From positions 3,392,001-3,456,000 of the forward strand of contig OY843592.1 of assembly GCA_963692865.2 (NCBI GenBank): a stretch of DNA of 64,000 nt. Reading direction: 5' to 3'. Made by a program: the position numbers and the translations under genes. Under the pieces are notes generated by a model. It saw nothing but the letters and a program-made list of their open reading frames with translations, was not told the origin of the DNA and did no database searches. Shown in pieces: positions 39,300 to 49,649 of this stretch (positions are counted from its first letter, which is position 1; every line of letters starts with the position of its first letter). Source of the DNA: a bacterium (GTDB lineage: Bacteria > UBA8248).

Positions 39300-42107
39300 C
39301 TATATTTCGATCAGGCGATCGAAACGCGTCCTCTCCCTCACCGGCGCCCGCCGCTCCATCGCCTGGGTCTTCTCGTTCGTCCTCTCCGCGTCCCGCGGCC
39401 TCTCGCCGAACGCCTCGAGCGCCGCGATGCGCTCCCCCGTCGCGGCTTCGAGCCGCTCGCGCAGCGCTCTCGCGTCGTCGGTCACGAGTTCCGCCCGGTC
39501 CCGGGCGCGGCTGATCTCCACGTAGAGCGTCTTCTGGTTGGTGAGATCGGGGTGGTTGGCCTCCATCGCGGCGATGACGGTATCGACCGTCCGGCCCTGG
39601 AAGGCGTGGACGGTCGAGGCCCAGGCGCGGTCGACGTGGCGAAGCTGGGGATCGGCGCTCGTCATGTCGAGGATCCTCCCGTCTTCGATGCGGAAGGTGA
39701 CGCGCTTGTCCCTGACGCCGGTCACCTCGGCGGCTTGGCTGTTCATGAGGCCGAGGTCCGGGTCGTTCCGGGTCCAGCGGACCTTGTCGCCCTGGCGCAG
39801 CTCCATATGCTCGACCTTGTATACCTCGACACCGCCGGTACGCGCCGCCAGACGGCCGGGCTCCCAGCGGATATCCCCTCCCTGCCTGCCTTCCAGGATG
39901 ACGGCGCCGTCTTCGTGATCGACGCCCGCCACGCGCAGCTCATCCCCTTTCTCGACGCCGATGCGCTTGTAGGGACGGTGGAAGGCCACCACGTCGCCGG
40001 GCGAATAGTTCGCGGCGAGCGATTTCTGGGGGTTCGTGTAGCCGCGCGAGACGAGGCGCTCCGTGAGGAAGGCCGGGCCGCGTACGACGCCGTCCCTGAC
40101 CAGGCGCTCGCGGACGATGGCGTTGATCTTCTCGCGGATCTTATGGCTCGGCGCCATGAGCCCGGCGTTTGCGCGCGCCTCGGGCGGGAGCGCCAGCCAG
40201 CGCGCGGCGGCGGCGCCCGCGAGGTTGTCGGGCTTCACTTCGGCCACGTTGGAACCCAGTTTCTCGAAGGCGCGCCTGACGTCGCCCGCGAGGGTGGCCT
40301 CGACGGCGGCTTTCAGGTCCTGGTCGCGCTGGCGCATGATCTCCTCCATCACCGCCGTCTTCATGCCAGCGGCCTGGAGCTGCGCGAAGGGTTTGCCGGC
40401 GTCTACTGCGTCGAGCTGTTTCGCATCGCCGACGAGAACGACCCGGGGCAGGCGCAGGACCTCCGAGATGCGGAGCAGTTCGCGCATCTCGCGCGTGGAG
40501 GCCAGAGAGCCCTCGTCCACCACGAGGGCGGTCTTCCCGTAGGCGGCGCGCATTTTTTTCTCGCCCCCTCTCGTGAGGCGGCCTTCGGCGACCCCTGCGT
40601 TTCGCGCGAGGAAGCGCTGGAGCGTCTGGCTCTCGATGCCCGCTTCCGCTTCGAGAGTCCGCGCGGCGGAGGCCGAGGGCGCCAGGCCCTTCACCTCGTA
40701 GCCGTGTTTCTCGAGGAGCGCGCGGGCGCGCTTGAGCATCTTCGTCTTGCCGGTGCCCGCGTATCCCTGCACGCCGACGACGCGGTCGGGGTCCGTGAGG
40801 ATGAGCTTGACGGCCTCGCGCTGGCCATGGGTCAGCGGGCCGTTTCTGAGCGCCTTGTCCACGGCGTGGCCGCGCATGGCGGGGGCGCCCCGTCCCCTGC
40901 CGGTCTCCACCAGGGCGATCGTCTCGCGCTCCTCGGCGACGGCCTTCTCCGTCGTGAACATGTCCCTGTTTCCTGGCAAATCCGCCGCGTGCAGGGCGCC
41001 CGTTTTTTCGAGTCTCGCCACCTCGCGCTCCGCACCCGCCATCGACACGGCGCCGGGCCGCCAGGCGAGCGCGCCCGCGAGCAGGGCCGCGCGGTCGAAG
41101 ACCGCTTCTCGCTCCGCGAGGTGCGCCACGGCCCATTCCACGGCCTCGCGAGCGGGTTCGGCTTCTCTGGCCGGAGCGCTTCTCGTTTTCGCTTCCGTCT
41201 TGAGGGCGGCGGCGTCGAAGCCCAGCTCCTTCGCCTGCTTCTCCCACACGGCCATGACCGCCGACTTGTCGGCCTCTCGCTTGGGGTCCCTCGTCATGAG
41301 CGTGACCCGCTGGGCGGCGCGCTGGTTCCCCGCCGTCGCGCCCAGGCCCCGTTCTTCCATCGCCTTCTCGATCTCCGCTCGCCGGGTCGAGAACGCCTCG
41401 ATCACCTCGCGTGAAACGCCCTCGATCTCGAAGCGCCCGTCCGCGTGGGTCTTCTCCACCCGGTAGCCGAACCCTTCGAGGCCCCGGGCGAGTTCGGTCC
41501 GGTATATCGCGCCGATCAGCATCTTGTTCGCGTAGAGCTTCTCGTTCGACATGGTCCTCCACTTGCCGTCGGCGCCACGCACCATGTTGGCAATGACGGC
41601 GTGCGTGTGGAGCAGGGGGTCCATGTTGCGCGAGGTGTCGTGCCTGAAGGTCGCGATGACGCTCTTCTGGTCCCCCACGCGGACTATCCGCCCGGTCCCG
41701 GGCTCGCTCATCCTGGTCTCGGCGGCGTTGCGCTCCACCCAGTCGAGGGTGCGCTTCACGGCCACCTCGTGGGCCCACATCGCGCGCGCATCGCCGCCGA
41801 GATAGGCCAGCAGCGAGACGGATTTCGGGGCCGAGAGGGTGAGGTCGCGGCCGGGACGGTGGTGGAACGTCCCGTCCTTGCCCGGGCGCCCGAGCCGGCG
41901 CCCCGAACCGTCGGGGACCACGCCCTCGAGCACGGAGCGGAGGGTATCGGGGTCGACCGGACCCGTGAGTCCCAGGTCCTCAGCGCCCCTGCCGCGCCAG
42001 ATGCTCGACTCCCGGTGGTTCCGGTCGTCCTTCGCGTAGTAGTCGTCGCGCTCGAAGTAGGCGACGCACTGCGCGGGCGCGACGAGGGCGCCGATGGATG
42101 CGACCAT
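39300..42107 (-). CDS. traI: MOBF (TrwC/TraI) relaxase-helicase
   Basis: YF..DDYY, DLTLSAPKSVS, HDTSR..DP.LHTH, GYAGTGKT, VDEGS. Confidence 0.95.
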   Translation of the reverse strand: MVASIGALVAPAQCVAYFERDDYYAKDDRNHRESSIWRGRGAEDLGLTGPVDPDTLRSVLEGVVPDGSGRRLGRPGKDGTFHHRPGRDLTLSAPKSVSLLAYLGGDARAMWAHEVAVKRTLDWVERNAAETRMSEPGTGRIVRVGDQKSVIATFRHDTSRNMDPLLHTHAVIANMVRGADGKWRTMSNEKLYANKMLIGAIYRTELARGLEGFGYRVEKTHADGRFEIEGVSREVIEAFSTRRAEIEKAMEERGLGATAGNQRAAQRVTLMTRDPKREADKSAVMAVWEKQAKELGFDAAALKTEAKTRSAPAREAEPAREAVEWAVAHLAEREAVFDRAALLAGALAWRPGAVSMAGAEREVARLEKTGALHAADLPGNRDMFTTEKAVAEERETIALVETGRGRGAPAMRGHAVDKALRNGPLTHGQREAVKLILTDPDRVVGVQGYAGTGKTKMLKRARALLEKHGYEVKGLAPSASAARTLEAEAGIESQTLQRFLARNAGVAEGRLTRGGEKKMRAAYGKTALVVDEGSLASTREMRELLRISEVLRLPRVVLVGDAKQLDAVDAGKPFAQLQAAGMKTAVMEEIMRQRDQDLKAAVEATLAGDVRRAFEKLGSNVAEVKPDNLAGAAAARWLALPPEARANAGLMAPSHKIREKINAIVRERLVRDGVVRGPAFLTERLVSRGYTNPQKSLAANYSPGDVVAFHRPYKRIGVEKGDELRVAGVDHEDGAVILEGRQGGDIRWEPGRLAARTGGVEVYKVEHMELRQGDKVRWTRNDPDLGLMNSQAAEVTGVRDKRVTFRIEDGRILDMTSADPQLRHVDRAWASTVHAFQGRTVDTVIAAMEANHPDLTNQKTLYVEISRARDRAELVTDDARALRERLEAATGERIAALEAFGERPRDAERTNEKTQAMERRAPVRERTRFDRLIEI

Positions 42108-42108
42108 A

Positions 42109-44010
42109 TCAGTAGCTCCTCAGGTTTTCCGGCTGCGGTTCCCTGGGTACAGCGACATCGCTCTCGCCGGGCACATGATCGACGGACGCGCGAGCCTCAT
42201 CACCCGGAGAACCGACCAAGGGTTCTTGCGGCCCGACCTCGGCGTCTTCCGCCTCATCGGCGAGCGTCGCGCCCTCTCTCGGGACGAAGCTCTCCGCGGT
42301 CTTCGGTCTTTCGACGTAGTCGAGCCGGATCCGGGCCACGGGCCAGGGACCGGGGAACTTGAGGTAACCGTTGAGGTTTTCCAGGCGCATGATCTCGGAG
42401 GGCAGCGCCAGGGGGCGCATCTCGCGGCGCTGTGTGAGCGATACGCCGTCGCGCATCGCGCTCGCGCCGTAGCTTAAGCCCTCCGCGTATTCGGTGACCT
42501 CGCCGCGTCCCAGGCTCTCGGCCGACCAGCGCGCCGTCTCCTGGTCGGGCGCGGCCAGCACCACCCGGGTGCCGCACAGGCCCGATACGGTTTCCGCGCC
42601 GTTTCGCCCATACAAATCGCGCAGGGCGGAGAACACCTGGATCCCCAGCACGAAACACCCACCGAACTGGCGGGACTCGGCGAGCCCGGGTTGTAAGCTC
42701 GGAACCTGGTGGAGGGTGGGAAGCTCGTCGAGCACCACCCAGACACGGCGCTCATCGTCCCGGGCGAGGGATAAGAGCGCGTTCACCGCAATCTCGAGCC
42801 AGGTCGAGATGAGGCCCCTGAGACTCGCGTGCTGGTCCCCGCGCGAGGTCAGGAACAGGAAGCCGGTCTCGCCCTCGCGCTCGACCCATTCCCGGATCGA
42901 AAACGGCTTCCCTGAGTCGGGCAGGCATTCGAGCGCGCCCAGGTAAGCGGTCAGCATGGCCCGCACCGAGAGCGCGGTCTTGGGGTTCTCGGGGTCCACG
43001 ATGGACTGCGCCACCGTGCCCTCCATGGCTTCGGCCAGGGAGGTGAGTTCGGTCTTGAGCAGGTGTTCGACGAGAACGCTGTTTTTGGTGACGCCGCGCT
43101 TCCAGAGGACGCCCGCGCCGTTCGCGAAAAGCTGCCGGGCGGCCGTGACCCAGAAGGGGTCCACCGTGTCCTTCTGCTGGGGGATGAGGGCGGCGGCCAT
43201 CGTGTCGAAGTCCCTGGGCGTCCTGGCTTCCAGGAAGGGGGACCAGCGCGGCGCCCGGGCGTCGAGGGGATTCATCAGGACGTCGCGGGCGGGGTCGAAG
43301 AACGCCCGCGTGTAGCTCCCCATCTTGTCGTAGAGGATGCAGCGCTCGCCCCGCTCCCTTATCTGCGCGACAAGGTCCGAGATCAGGACGGTCTTGCCCG
43401 AACCCGTGGTGCCCGAGACGATGGTGTGCTGCGTCTCGGCCCCGTGCGGCCAGGGGACGCCCGCGATACGGGGTTTGGACTTGCGAGCGGCCGGGAAGAA
43501 TCCTCCCGTCAGGCGGGAGAAGAGAGGCGCAACGCGTCTTGCGAGTACCTGAGCCGAGGTCATCTCGGCGCCCCGCACCCTGTGCGCGCGGGCCATGCGC
43601 CGGCCCAGGAACCAGAAGATGAGCGCGAACAGGGCCACGCCGCCCAGACCGATCCAGAGGCCCAGCCAGGCCTTTTTATGGACGGTATCGAGCATGCGTC
43701 TCCTGATCCGCTCGATCCTGGGATCGCTTGCGATGAGAGAGATCCGCTCCAGCGTCCGCTCGCCCGCGCGCCACTCGTATGTCTGGAGCGAATCAGGGTC
43801 GTATTTCAGGGCGAGCTTGAACTCGGCGAGGGTCTCCAGGCCAATGACGCGCCATTCATGGGCGCTCGTCGTCGTGAAGAGGCTCACCGCAGGGGTCAGG
43901 ACGATGCTCAGTACGAGTCCCAGAATCCCCCAGCGCGCGAGCTGGCCCCACATGCGGGCGTCGTGAAGCAGGGTCTGGCCGCCCCGCAGGGTGGCGTTTC
44001 CAATGGTCAT
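42109..44010 (-). CDS. traD: Type IV coupling protein
   Basis: Two TM segments; GTTGSGKT, NPLDAR, DPFW, LDELPTL, RQFGG. Confidence 0.93.
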   Translation of the reverse strand: MTIGNATLRGGQTLLHDARMWGQLARWGILGLVLSIVLTPAVSLFTTTSAHEWRVIGLETLAEFKLALKYDPDSLQTYEWRAGERTLERISLIASDPRIERIRRRMLDTVHKKAWLGLWIGLGGVALFALIFWFLGRRMARAHRVRGAEMTSAQVLARRVAPLFSRLTGGFFPAARKSKPRIAGVPWPHGAETQHTIVSGTTGSGKTVLISDLVAQIRERGERCILYDKMGSYTRAFFDPARDVLMNPLDARAPRWSPFLEARTPRDFDTMAAALIPQQKDTVDPFWVTAARQLFANGAGVLWKRGVTKNSVLVEHLLKTELTSLAEAMEGTVAQSIVDPENPKTALSVRAMLTAYLGALECLPDSGKPFSIREWVEREGETGFLFLTSRGDQHASLRGLISTWLEIAVNALLSLARDDERRVWVVLDELPTLHQVPSLQPGLAESRQFGGCFVLGIQVFSALRDLYGRNGAETVSGLCGTRVVLAAPDQETARWSAESLGRGEVTEYAEGLSYGASAMRDGVSLTQRREMRPLALPSEIMRLENLNGYLKFPGPWPVARIRLDYVERPKTAESFVPREGATLADEAEDAEVGPQEPLVGSPGDEARASVDHVPGESDVAVPREPQPENLRSY

Positions 44011-44174
44011 GCGATTCTCCCTTCATGGTTTGATGAATGGCGGCGCTCCCGGCGTCTCCGCCCTGCGAAGCGTCACGTTGAGGCCGAGGAGGGGAGAGCG
44101 TAGAGCGCGGGAGCGGAACGGAGAGGGAGTACGCGCCCGTTGCCCATTGACGCCCGATCCGGGAGGAACGACCC

Positions 44175-44522
44175 ATGACGAAACGAAAACCATCCAAGGC
44201 GGCGCGGGCAATCGTCCTCGGCGGACCCGCCCTGGCGCTTCTCTTCACCCTGTACGTCCTTGTGAGTGGGAGCGGCGCCCGCCTTTTGTTCGCCGTCTGG
44301 TTCTGTGCCGTCTCCTGGACCTTTCTCGCGGCGCTCGCGGGCGCCCTGTGGCGGGCATTCCTGGGGGATCGTTCCGCCTTCACCGGCTACGAGCTCCCCG
44401 AGGGGGACGGCGACCGCTTCGACTGGGCCACCCGCACGGGCCGCTACGCCTGGCGCCGGGAATACGAGGAAGGTGAACTCCACGTCCATGACGACTATCC
44501 CGGTCACGGACCCATCACCTGA
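44175..44522 (+). CDS. Small inner-membrane protein, candidate entry exclusion factor
   Basis: Two hydrophobic helices; GGAGG RBS; convergent with and overlapping the traG 3' end. Confidence 0.6.
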   Translation: MTKRKPSKAARAIVLGGPALALLFTLYVLVSGSGARLLFAVWFCAVSWTFLAALAGALWRAFLGDRSAFTGYELPEGDGDRFDWATRTGRYAWRREYEEGELHVHDDYPGHGPIT

Positions 44523-47413
44523 TCGCCTGAAAACCCGCTTCCGCCTCCGCCTTGATTCTCTTTCTTCTTCTCATCCCCTCCGGGCGTCGCGTTCCGCGCG
44601 GTGCCGTAAAGTTTCCCGCCCAGCCATTCGCCGACGAGCGGGACCTCTCCCGCAACATGTTCCCCGAAGGGTTTGTCGGTCTCCGCCGCGATTTGAGGAC
44701 GCCCCTCCCCGATTCGCTGCCCCGTCACTCCCCTGCGGGCCGCCCGTCCGGCCTCGCGGATGTCGAGTTCTGTCTCGATCTCCGCACGCCCGCGCGCAGC
44801 CCGTTCACCGACGTCCCCCGGCGTCCCGGCGCCGCGCGCGCGTTCGCGCACCGATCCCGACCAGTCCGACCAGGCGGTCGTCGCAGCTCCGGCGCCCGTT
44901 TCGTGCAGCCTCTCTTTTGCCTGTTCGTATTCGGAACGTCCGGGCGCAGGTTCTGGCCCTCCGCTTACCGGAAAACGCTCGGCGATGAAGGCGGCGGCGT
45001 GGGCGCGCAAAACTTCCGCGTCTTCGGCCGACCGGGGCGAGGCCAGGCGCATCGCGCCGGCAGCGCCGATCTCGCGCCCGTCGGCGCCCGTTCTTGCACT
45101 GAGCCATTCGAAGAAGGGCTGGCCGAGTTCGCTCTCGACGGCACGGGAGTTGCCGCGCACCTCCGCCGCCTGGCTCGACCAGCTCTCGGCTTCGCGCCTG
45201 CTCGCCGCTTCCTGCTCGGAGAAGCGGCGCATGCGCGTCAGGTTCGCTCCGAAACTCTCATCCAGGCTCTTCATTTCACTCTCGCCCGAAGCGGTGGCGT
45301 AGCGCCTCGACGCGTCCGACACACGCGACCAGAGGTCGAGCAGTCCGTGCTGGCCCGCGTAGTCGGTCATCCGGTTCCATGCCTCGCGACCGATGGTCTG
45401 TCCCCGCCAGCTCGCCGAGCCGTCCGCTCCGAACCTGACGATGAAGTCGAATCCCCCGCCCATCCTGGCCTCGCCCGTGAGGACGGCGGCCTGCTCCTTC
45501 GTGATGCCGCCGGCCTGGGAGAGTTTTTCGAGGTGGGATTCGAGGCTCTGCGCGCCCCGGTTCTCGCTCTCCGTCACCCCCCGCGCGTGCGTGAGGCCGC
45601 TCCGGACATCCTGTGAGAAACGCTCGACCATGGCCGCCGAATCGGTCGCGGCGGCGGTTCTGGCCGCGGCGGCCTCGGCCGACCATTGATGCGCCTGCTC
45701 GACGGCCGCGCCCGCCCGGACCTCGTGGCTCTCCGCCAGGGACTCGGAGAGCCGGACGCCCGCCGCCGGAATCCGGCTCGTGGCGGAACCTGCGTCCATC
45801 ACGGCGGCGCCCTCTCCGGTCACGGTGTAGGCGGCGCCCCCCGGTGCGAAGCCCGTGTAGCGGCCCGTATCGACGTGCGGCGAGGTCTGGAGCCTGTATC
45901 CCTCGACCGACGCGAAGCGGTGCGTGTCCACGCCGGTGTTTCCGAGCGAGATGTTGCCCGTCGCGCCCTCCTGCGCAGCCGAGGAGGCGGCGTCCTGTCC
46001 GACCGAGAGGACCGAAGTGGCGAGCGAGGTCGCCCGGCCCACCCCGTAGGCGAGGGCGGCGGCGAGGAATGGCACCGACATCGAGAGGTAGCCCGACATC
46101 ACCGCCACGTCGGCGGCCACGGCCCTTATCCCCGCCTGGGCGATGAGCGATACCCCAACGTCGCCTCCCGGCATGAGCGCGCCCGCGCTCATGCGCGCCG
46201 CCGCCTCGCCCATGGCGACCCGGTGGAGGATCGCGTAGAGCGGGCCCCAGCTCTGCAGCCAGACGAGGCCCGAGAAGTAGGAGCGGAATATCGCCCCGCC
46301 CGCAGGCGTCAGCATCAACAGGACCGCCATCGGGAACGCTCCCACGTAGAGGCACTCGAAAACGACCCGAAGCATCGGCACCCAGGTCTCCGCCTGCCTG
46401 CCGATCGCCCGGTAGGCCGAGACGGTCTGGGCCTCGGCCCTGGCCTCGGTGTATGCCCTGAGCGCGGCGGCGTTTCCGGCTTCCGCGCTCCACTGCTCGC
46501 CCGCGTCGTGCATGGCGTTCAGTACCATCTGCTGGCGCAGGACGTCGGCAGCACTTCTAGAGGCCCCGATCAGGTAGTCGTGCGCGGCCGGGAGCGCGGC
46601 CATGAGTTCGGCCCGCGCGAGCGCCTCGCTCGCGGCCCCCGGGAAGAGCCGCATCCCGAAGACGCCCGAGGCGCGCGTGATCTCGGCCCCCCAGAGGGCG
46701 TCCAGGCTCGATGCGGCCGTGGCGCAGGTCACGATCTCCCGGTCCAGCGTCGTGGCGCCCGTGCCCGAGGTTGCGCCCCGGGTCACGTATTCGACCATTC
46801 GCGCCGGCGATGCGCCCGCCGAGGGCGAACCCGAAGCGGTGACGAGCGCCCAGAGGTCCGTGCTCTCCCTCAGGTCATCCGCCGATATGTGGCCCAGGAG
46901 CAGGGCGTGGAACACGCACTGGCGCGCGTAGGCCCGGAGGTTCCTTCCAAAGACGGCGTCGGTCACCTCCATCCTCGTCACGGCGGCCGCGAGCCTGGAA
47001 CCGAAAATGAGCCCGTGCCTGCGGTAGGCGAGGTCGGCCGGGAGGGCGAAGGCCTGTTCGGTCAGGCGCGTGAGCCCGTCCCCCACCCGGCTCGTGAGCG
47101 AGGCGAAGAGCGCCAGGCCCAGCGGCACGTTCGCAACGACCGCCGGCGCCAGGGCGGGGTCGAGCCGGTCCACCACCCGCACCGTCCCTTTCGGGACCAC
47201 CAGCGCGCCCCAGACGCAGACGAACAGCAGCAGCCACTTCGCGTTGTCCTTCCACGACCCCCCGAATGCGGTGCGGAACAGCGCCCATGCGAGTCCCGCG
47301 GCGCCCGCGATCTGGGCGAGCGTCACGAAGGCGCCGCCTCCCGTGATGGCGGCGACGGCGTTCAGGAGGTCGACCAGGTAGGTCCCGCCGCCCAGGGTGA
47401 ATATCTCGTACAT
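44504..47413 (-). CDS. traG: Mating-pair stabilisation protein TraG
   Basis: YEIFTLGGG..L..LLNAVA, V.NVPLGLA..AS, WLQSWGPLYAIL. Confidence 0.92.
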   Translation of the reverse strand: MYEIFTLGGGTYLVDLLNAVAAITGGGAFVTLAQIAGAAGLAWALFRTAFGGSWKDNAKWLLLFVCVWGALVVPKGTVRVVDRLDPALAPAVVANVPLGLALFASLTSRVGDGLTRLTEQAFALPADLAYRRHGLIFGSRLAAAVTRMEVTDAVFGRNLRAYARQCVFHALLLGHISADDLRESTDLWALVTASGSPSAGASPARMVEYVTRGATSGTGATTLDREIVTCATAASSLDALWGAEITRASGVFGMRLFPGAASEALARAELMAALPAAHDYLIGASRSAADVLRQQMVLNAMHDAGEQWSAEAGNAAALRAYTEARAEAQTVSAYRAIGRQAETWVPMLRVVFECLYVGAFPMAVLLMLTPAGGAIFRSYFSGLVWLQSWGPLYAILHRVAMGEAAARMSAGALMPGGDVGVSLIAQAGIRAVAADVAVMSGYLSMSVPFLAAALAYGVGRATSLATSVLSVGQDAASSAAQEGATGNISLGNTGVDTHRFASVEGYRLQTSPHVDTGRYTGFAPGGAAYTVTGEGAAVMDAGSATSRIPAAGVRLSESLAESHEVRAGAAVEQAHQWSAEAAAARTAAATDSAAMVERFSQDVRSGLTHARGVTESENRGAQSLESHLEKLSQAGGITKEQAAVLTGEARMGGGFDFIVRFGADGSASWRGQTIGREAWNRMTDYAGQHGLLDLWSRVSDASRRYATASGESEMKSLDESFGANLTRMRRFSEQEAASRREAESWSSQAAEVRGNSRAVESELGQPFFEWLSARTGADGREIGAAGAMRLASPRSAEDAEVLRAHAAAFIAERFPVSGGPEPAPGRSEYEQAKERLHETGAGAATTAWSDWSGSVRERARGAGTPGDVGERAARGRAEIETELDIREAGRAARRGVTGQRIGEGRPQIAAETDKPFGEHVAGEVPLVGEWLGGKLYGTARNATPGGDEKKKENQGGGGSGFSGDQVMGP

Positions 47414-47424
47414 GGATGTTTTTC

Positions 47425-48837
47425 CTAGCGCGAGCCCGCTGCGCCGCGCGAGAAGGCGAGCGCCGCGCGCAGGTCGGCGGAGAGCGCACCGCTGAGTTCG
47501 GTCTCGATGAGACGGAGTTTCTCGACCACCGCCAGGGCGGTGTTGAACCGTTCGAGGCCCTCGCCGCGGTGACGCGCGAGGGCGGCCCGGTTCCTGCGCA
47601 GCCCCTCGCGCCAGCGCGTGAGCCGCTCGCCGTCCGCGACGTCCATGGATCCGGCGCGCTCCTCGACCGTGCGGTGAAGGTCCGATATCCAGACCTGGAG
47701 CACGTCGAGCGCCACGGCCTCGGCCAGCGCGTCCACCTCCTGCTCCACCACGGCGCCGCGGTAGGCGGCGGCCGCGTTCACGAGCCGGTAGACCGGAAGC
47801 GTCGTGAGGTTCACGAGTCCCAGGGCGTCGGGCGGAGGCGCCGTGTCCGTCCGCACCGCGTCGACGAGTCGGCGGAGCAGTTCCGCGACCCGGTTCCGGA
47901 ATCCCCGCGCCGCCGGCACCGTGAGGCGTCCGAGCGTGGGGTTGAGACACTCGACGGGAGTGTCGCAGCGGTAGACGGGCAGGTCTCCGCCCCCTTCCAT
48001 GAGGACCTCGGTCACGCGGCGGTCGAGCGCCAGGGGTTCGAGCACGCGCACGCGGGGACCTGCGGAGTCCGCGTCCGATACCGGGGCCGTCACGATGACG
48101 GAGCCGGATACGGACATGGCGAATTCGCCGAGGTCCCGGTCAGACGCCAGGAAACCCGAGGCTCTGACCGCGCGCCAGGCGTAGTTCACGTTGACCGGCG
48201 CCTGTTCCTTGAGCGGCCCCGTAGCGGCCGCCAGCGTCGAATTGCGTTTCCCGTCCGCGCCGCAGCCATGTCGCGCGGCCGCGTAGTCCGAAAAAATGCC
48301 CTGCCGCGTCCCGATCGCGGCGCAGATGGCGGCGCTCGCCCGGTCGTTCTTCGACCAGACGGCGCCGACGAGCGCCTGGGCGGTCTCGCAGGAGTTCAGG
48401 TTCTGGTTGTTCACCCACTGGGCGAGCGCCCGCAGCTTGGACATCGTCTCTGCGATCACGGGCGAGATGGTCTCGAGCGCGAGTTCGAAGGCGAAGCCCG
48501 CCGCGTTCTGCGCCACGGCGCGGGCGAAGGCGATCATCTGGTCGGAATCGATGAAGGAAAACGCGCCGGCGAACGCGTCGATGCCGCCGCAGCCGGCCCG
48601 CCAGGAGGGCAGGCTCATCGTGGCGATCGATTCGGACCGCACGGGCGCGCGCAGGTACAAATTACCGAGCGTCCAGTGGCCCGACGCCTGGCCCTGGAAG
48701 GCCGTGGGCCCGGTGGTGTTCACCGCCGCGCCCCGCCAGAAGTTCTCCATCTCGGAGAGGATGTCCGCGCGCGCGGGGGCGGCGATGAGGAGGGCGAGGA
48801 CCAGGGCGAGCCTCGGGATTTTTCGGATGATTGTCAT
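47425..48837 (-). CDS. traH: TraH
   Basis: NTTGPTAFQGQ.SG, PS.RAGCGGIDAF.G.FSFI, NSCETAQALV. Confidence 0.93.
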   Translation of the reverse strand: MTIIRKIPRLALVLALLIAAPARADILSEMENFWRGAAVNTTGPTAFQGQASGHWTLGNLYLRAPVRSESIATMSLPSWRAGCGGIDAFAGAFSFIDSDQMIAFARAVAQNAAGFAFELALETISPVIAETMSKLRALAQWVNNQNLNSCETAQALVGAVWSKNDRASAAICAAIGTRQGIFSDYAAARHGCGADGKRNSTLAAATGPLKEQAPVNVNYAWRAVRASGFLASDRDLGEFAMSVSGSVIVTAPVSDADSAGPRVRVLEPLALDRRVTEVLMEGGGDLPVYRCDTPVECLNPTLGRLTVPAARGFRNRVAELLRRLVDAVRTDTAPPPDALGLVNLTTLPVYRLVNAAAAYRGAVVEQEVDALAEAVALDVLQVWISDLHRTVEERAGSMDVADGERLTRWREGLRRNRAALARHRGEGLERFNTALAVVEKLRLIETELSGALSADLRAALAFSRGAAGSR

Positions 48838-48841
48838 TCGT

Positions 48842-49639
48842 CTAGTAGTCACTACCGACCTCCCTGGCGGTGAGCGCGAAGATGCGCTCGGCCAGCTGGT
48901 CCTCGGCGACGACGCCGTACGAGACCGGAATTGCCCGGCGGGTCCGCGTGTCGTAGAGGACGACGGCCGGCAGGACACGGGCCTTTATGCCCAGCCTCGC
49001 GGCGTGTCCCTGATCGGGGACCGCTTCGGGCCAGCCTTCGAGCGGCCCGCCGGTCATCGAGACCGCGAGCACTTCGATCCCGTGACGGAGCGCGAAGGCG
49101 CGAAGGAGGGGCCCGAAGACGCGGCAGCCGGGACACTGCTCCGAGCCCAGGTAGATCAGGCCGTAGCGCTCGCCGAGTCCTTGCAGGACGCCCTCGCGCT
49201 CCGCCCGGCGTTCTTCGGTCCATAGCCTCTTGGCGAGCGCGCCCACCGGGCGTTTCAGGGTGTAGTCGAGAGCCGGGTTCGCCCAGACGGCGCGCCGGAA
49301 GGCGTCCGAGAAGTTCGCCGCGCTCTGCAGCGCCTCCTGCTGGAGGCGAAGGTAGGCCGAGACGTTCTCGGTAGTCGGATCGAGGACAGCCCGCGCGCGG
49401 GCGTCTTCGAGCGCCTTGCGCATCGTCTCGATGCGCTCGGTGGCGCTTGGGAGCTGCGGCGCCTTCGTCGCCTTCGCTTCGTCTCCAGTTTCCTCCTCGA
49501 TGCGGTCGCAATAGAAGTGCCAGCCGAGGGGGGAGGACGCCTCAGCACCACACCAGGAGCGCCATTCCCGCGCTTCGGCGGAGGCAACGGAGAAGACGTA
49601 AATCAGGCAGGCGAGTATGAGTGCATATGAGTTGATCAT
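48842..49639 (-). CDS. traF: TraF (thioredoxin-like)
   Basis: GWHFY, A.LDPT.ENV..Y, P.LDY, CPGC, VS..G. Confidence 0.9.
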   Translation of the reverse strand: MINSYALILACLIYVFSVASAEAREWRSWCGAEASSPLGWHFYCDRIEEETGDEAKATKAPQLPSATERIETMRKALEDARARAVLDPTTENVSAYLRLQQEALQSAANFSDAFRRAVWANPALDYTLKRPVGALAKRLWTEERRAEREGVLQGLGERYGLIYLGSEQCPGCRVFGPLLRAFALRHGIEVLAVSMTGGPLEGWPEAVPDQGHAARLGIKARVLPAVVLYDTRTRRAIPVSYGVVAEDQLAERIFALTAREVGSDY

Positions 49640-49649
49640 GGCCTCCCCC

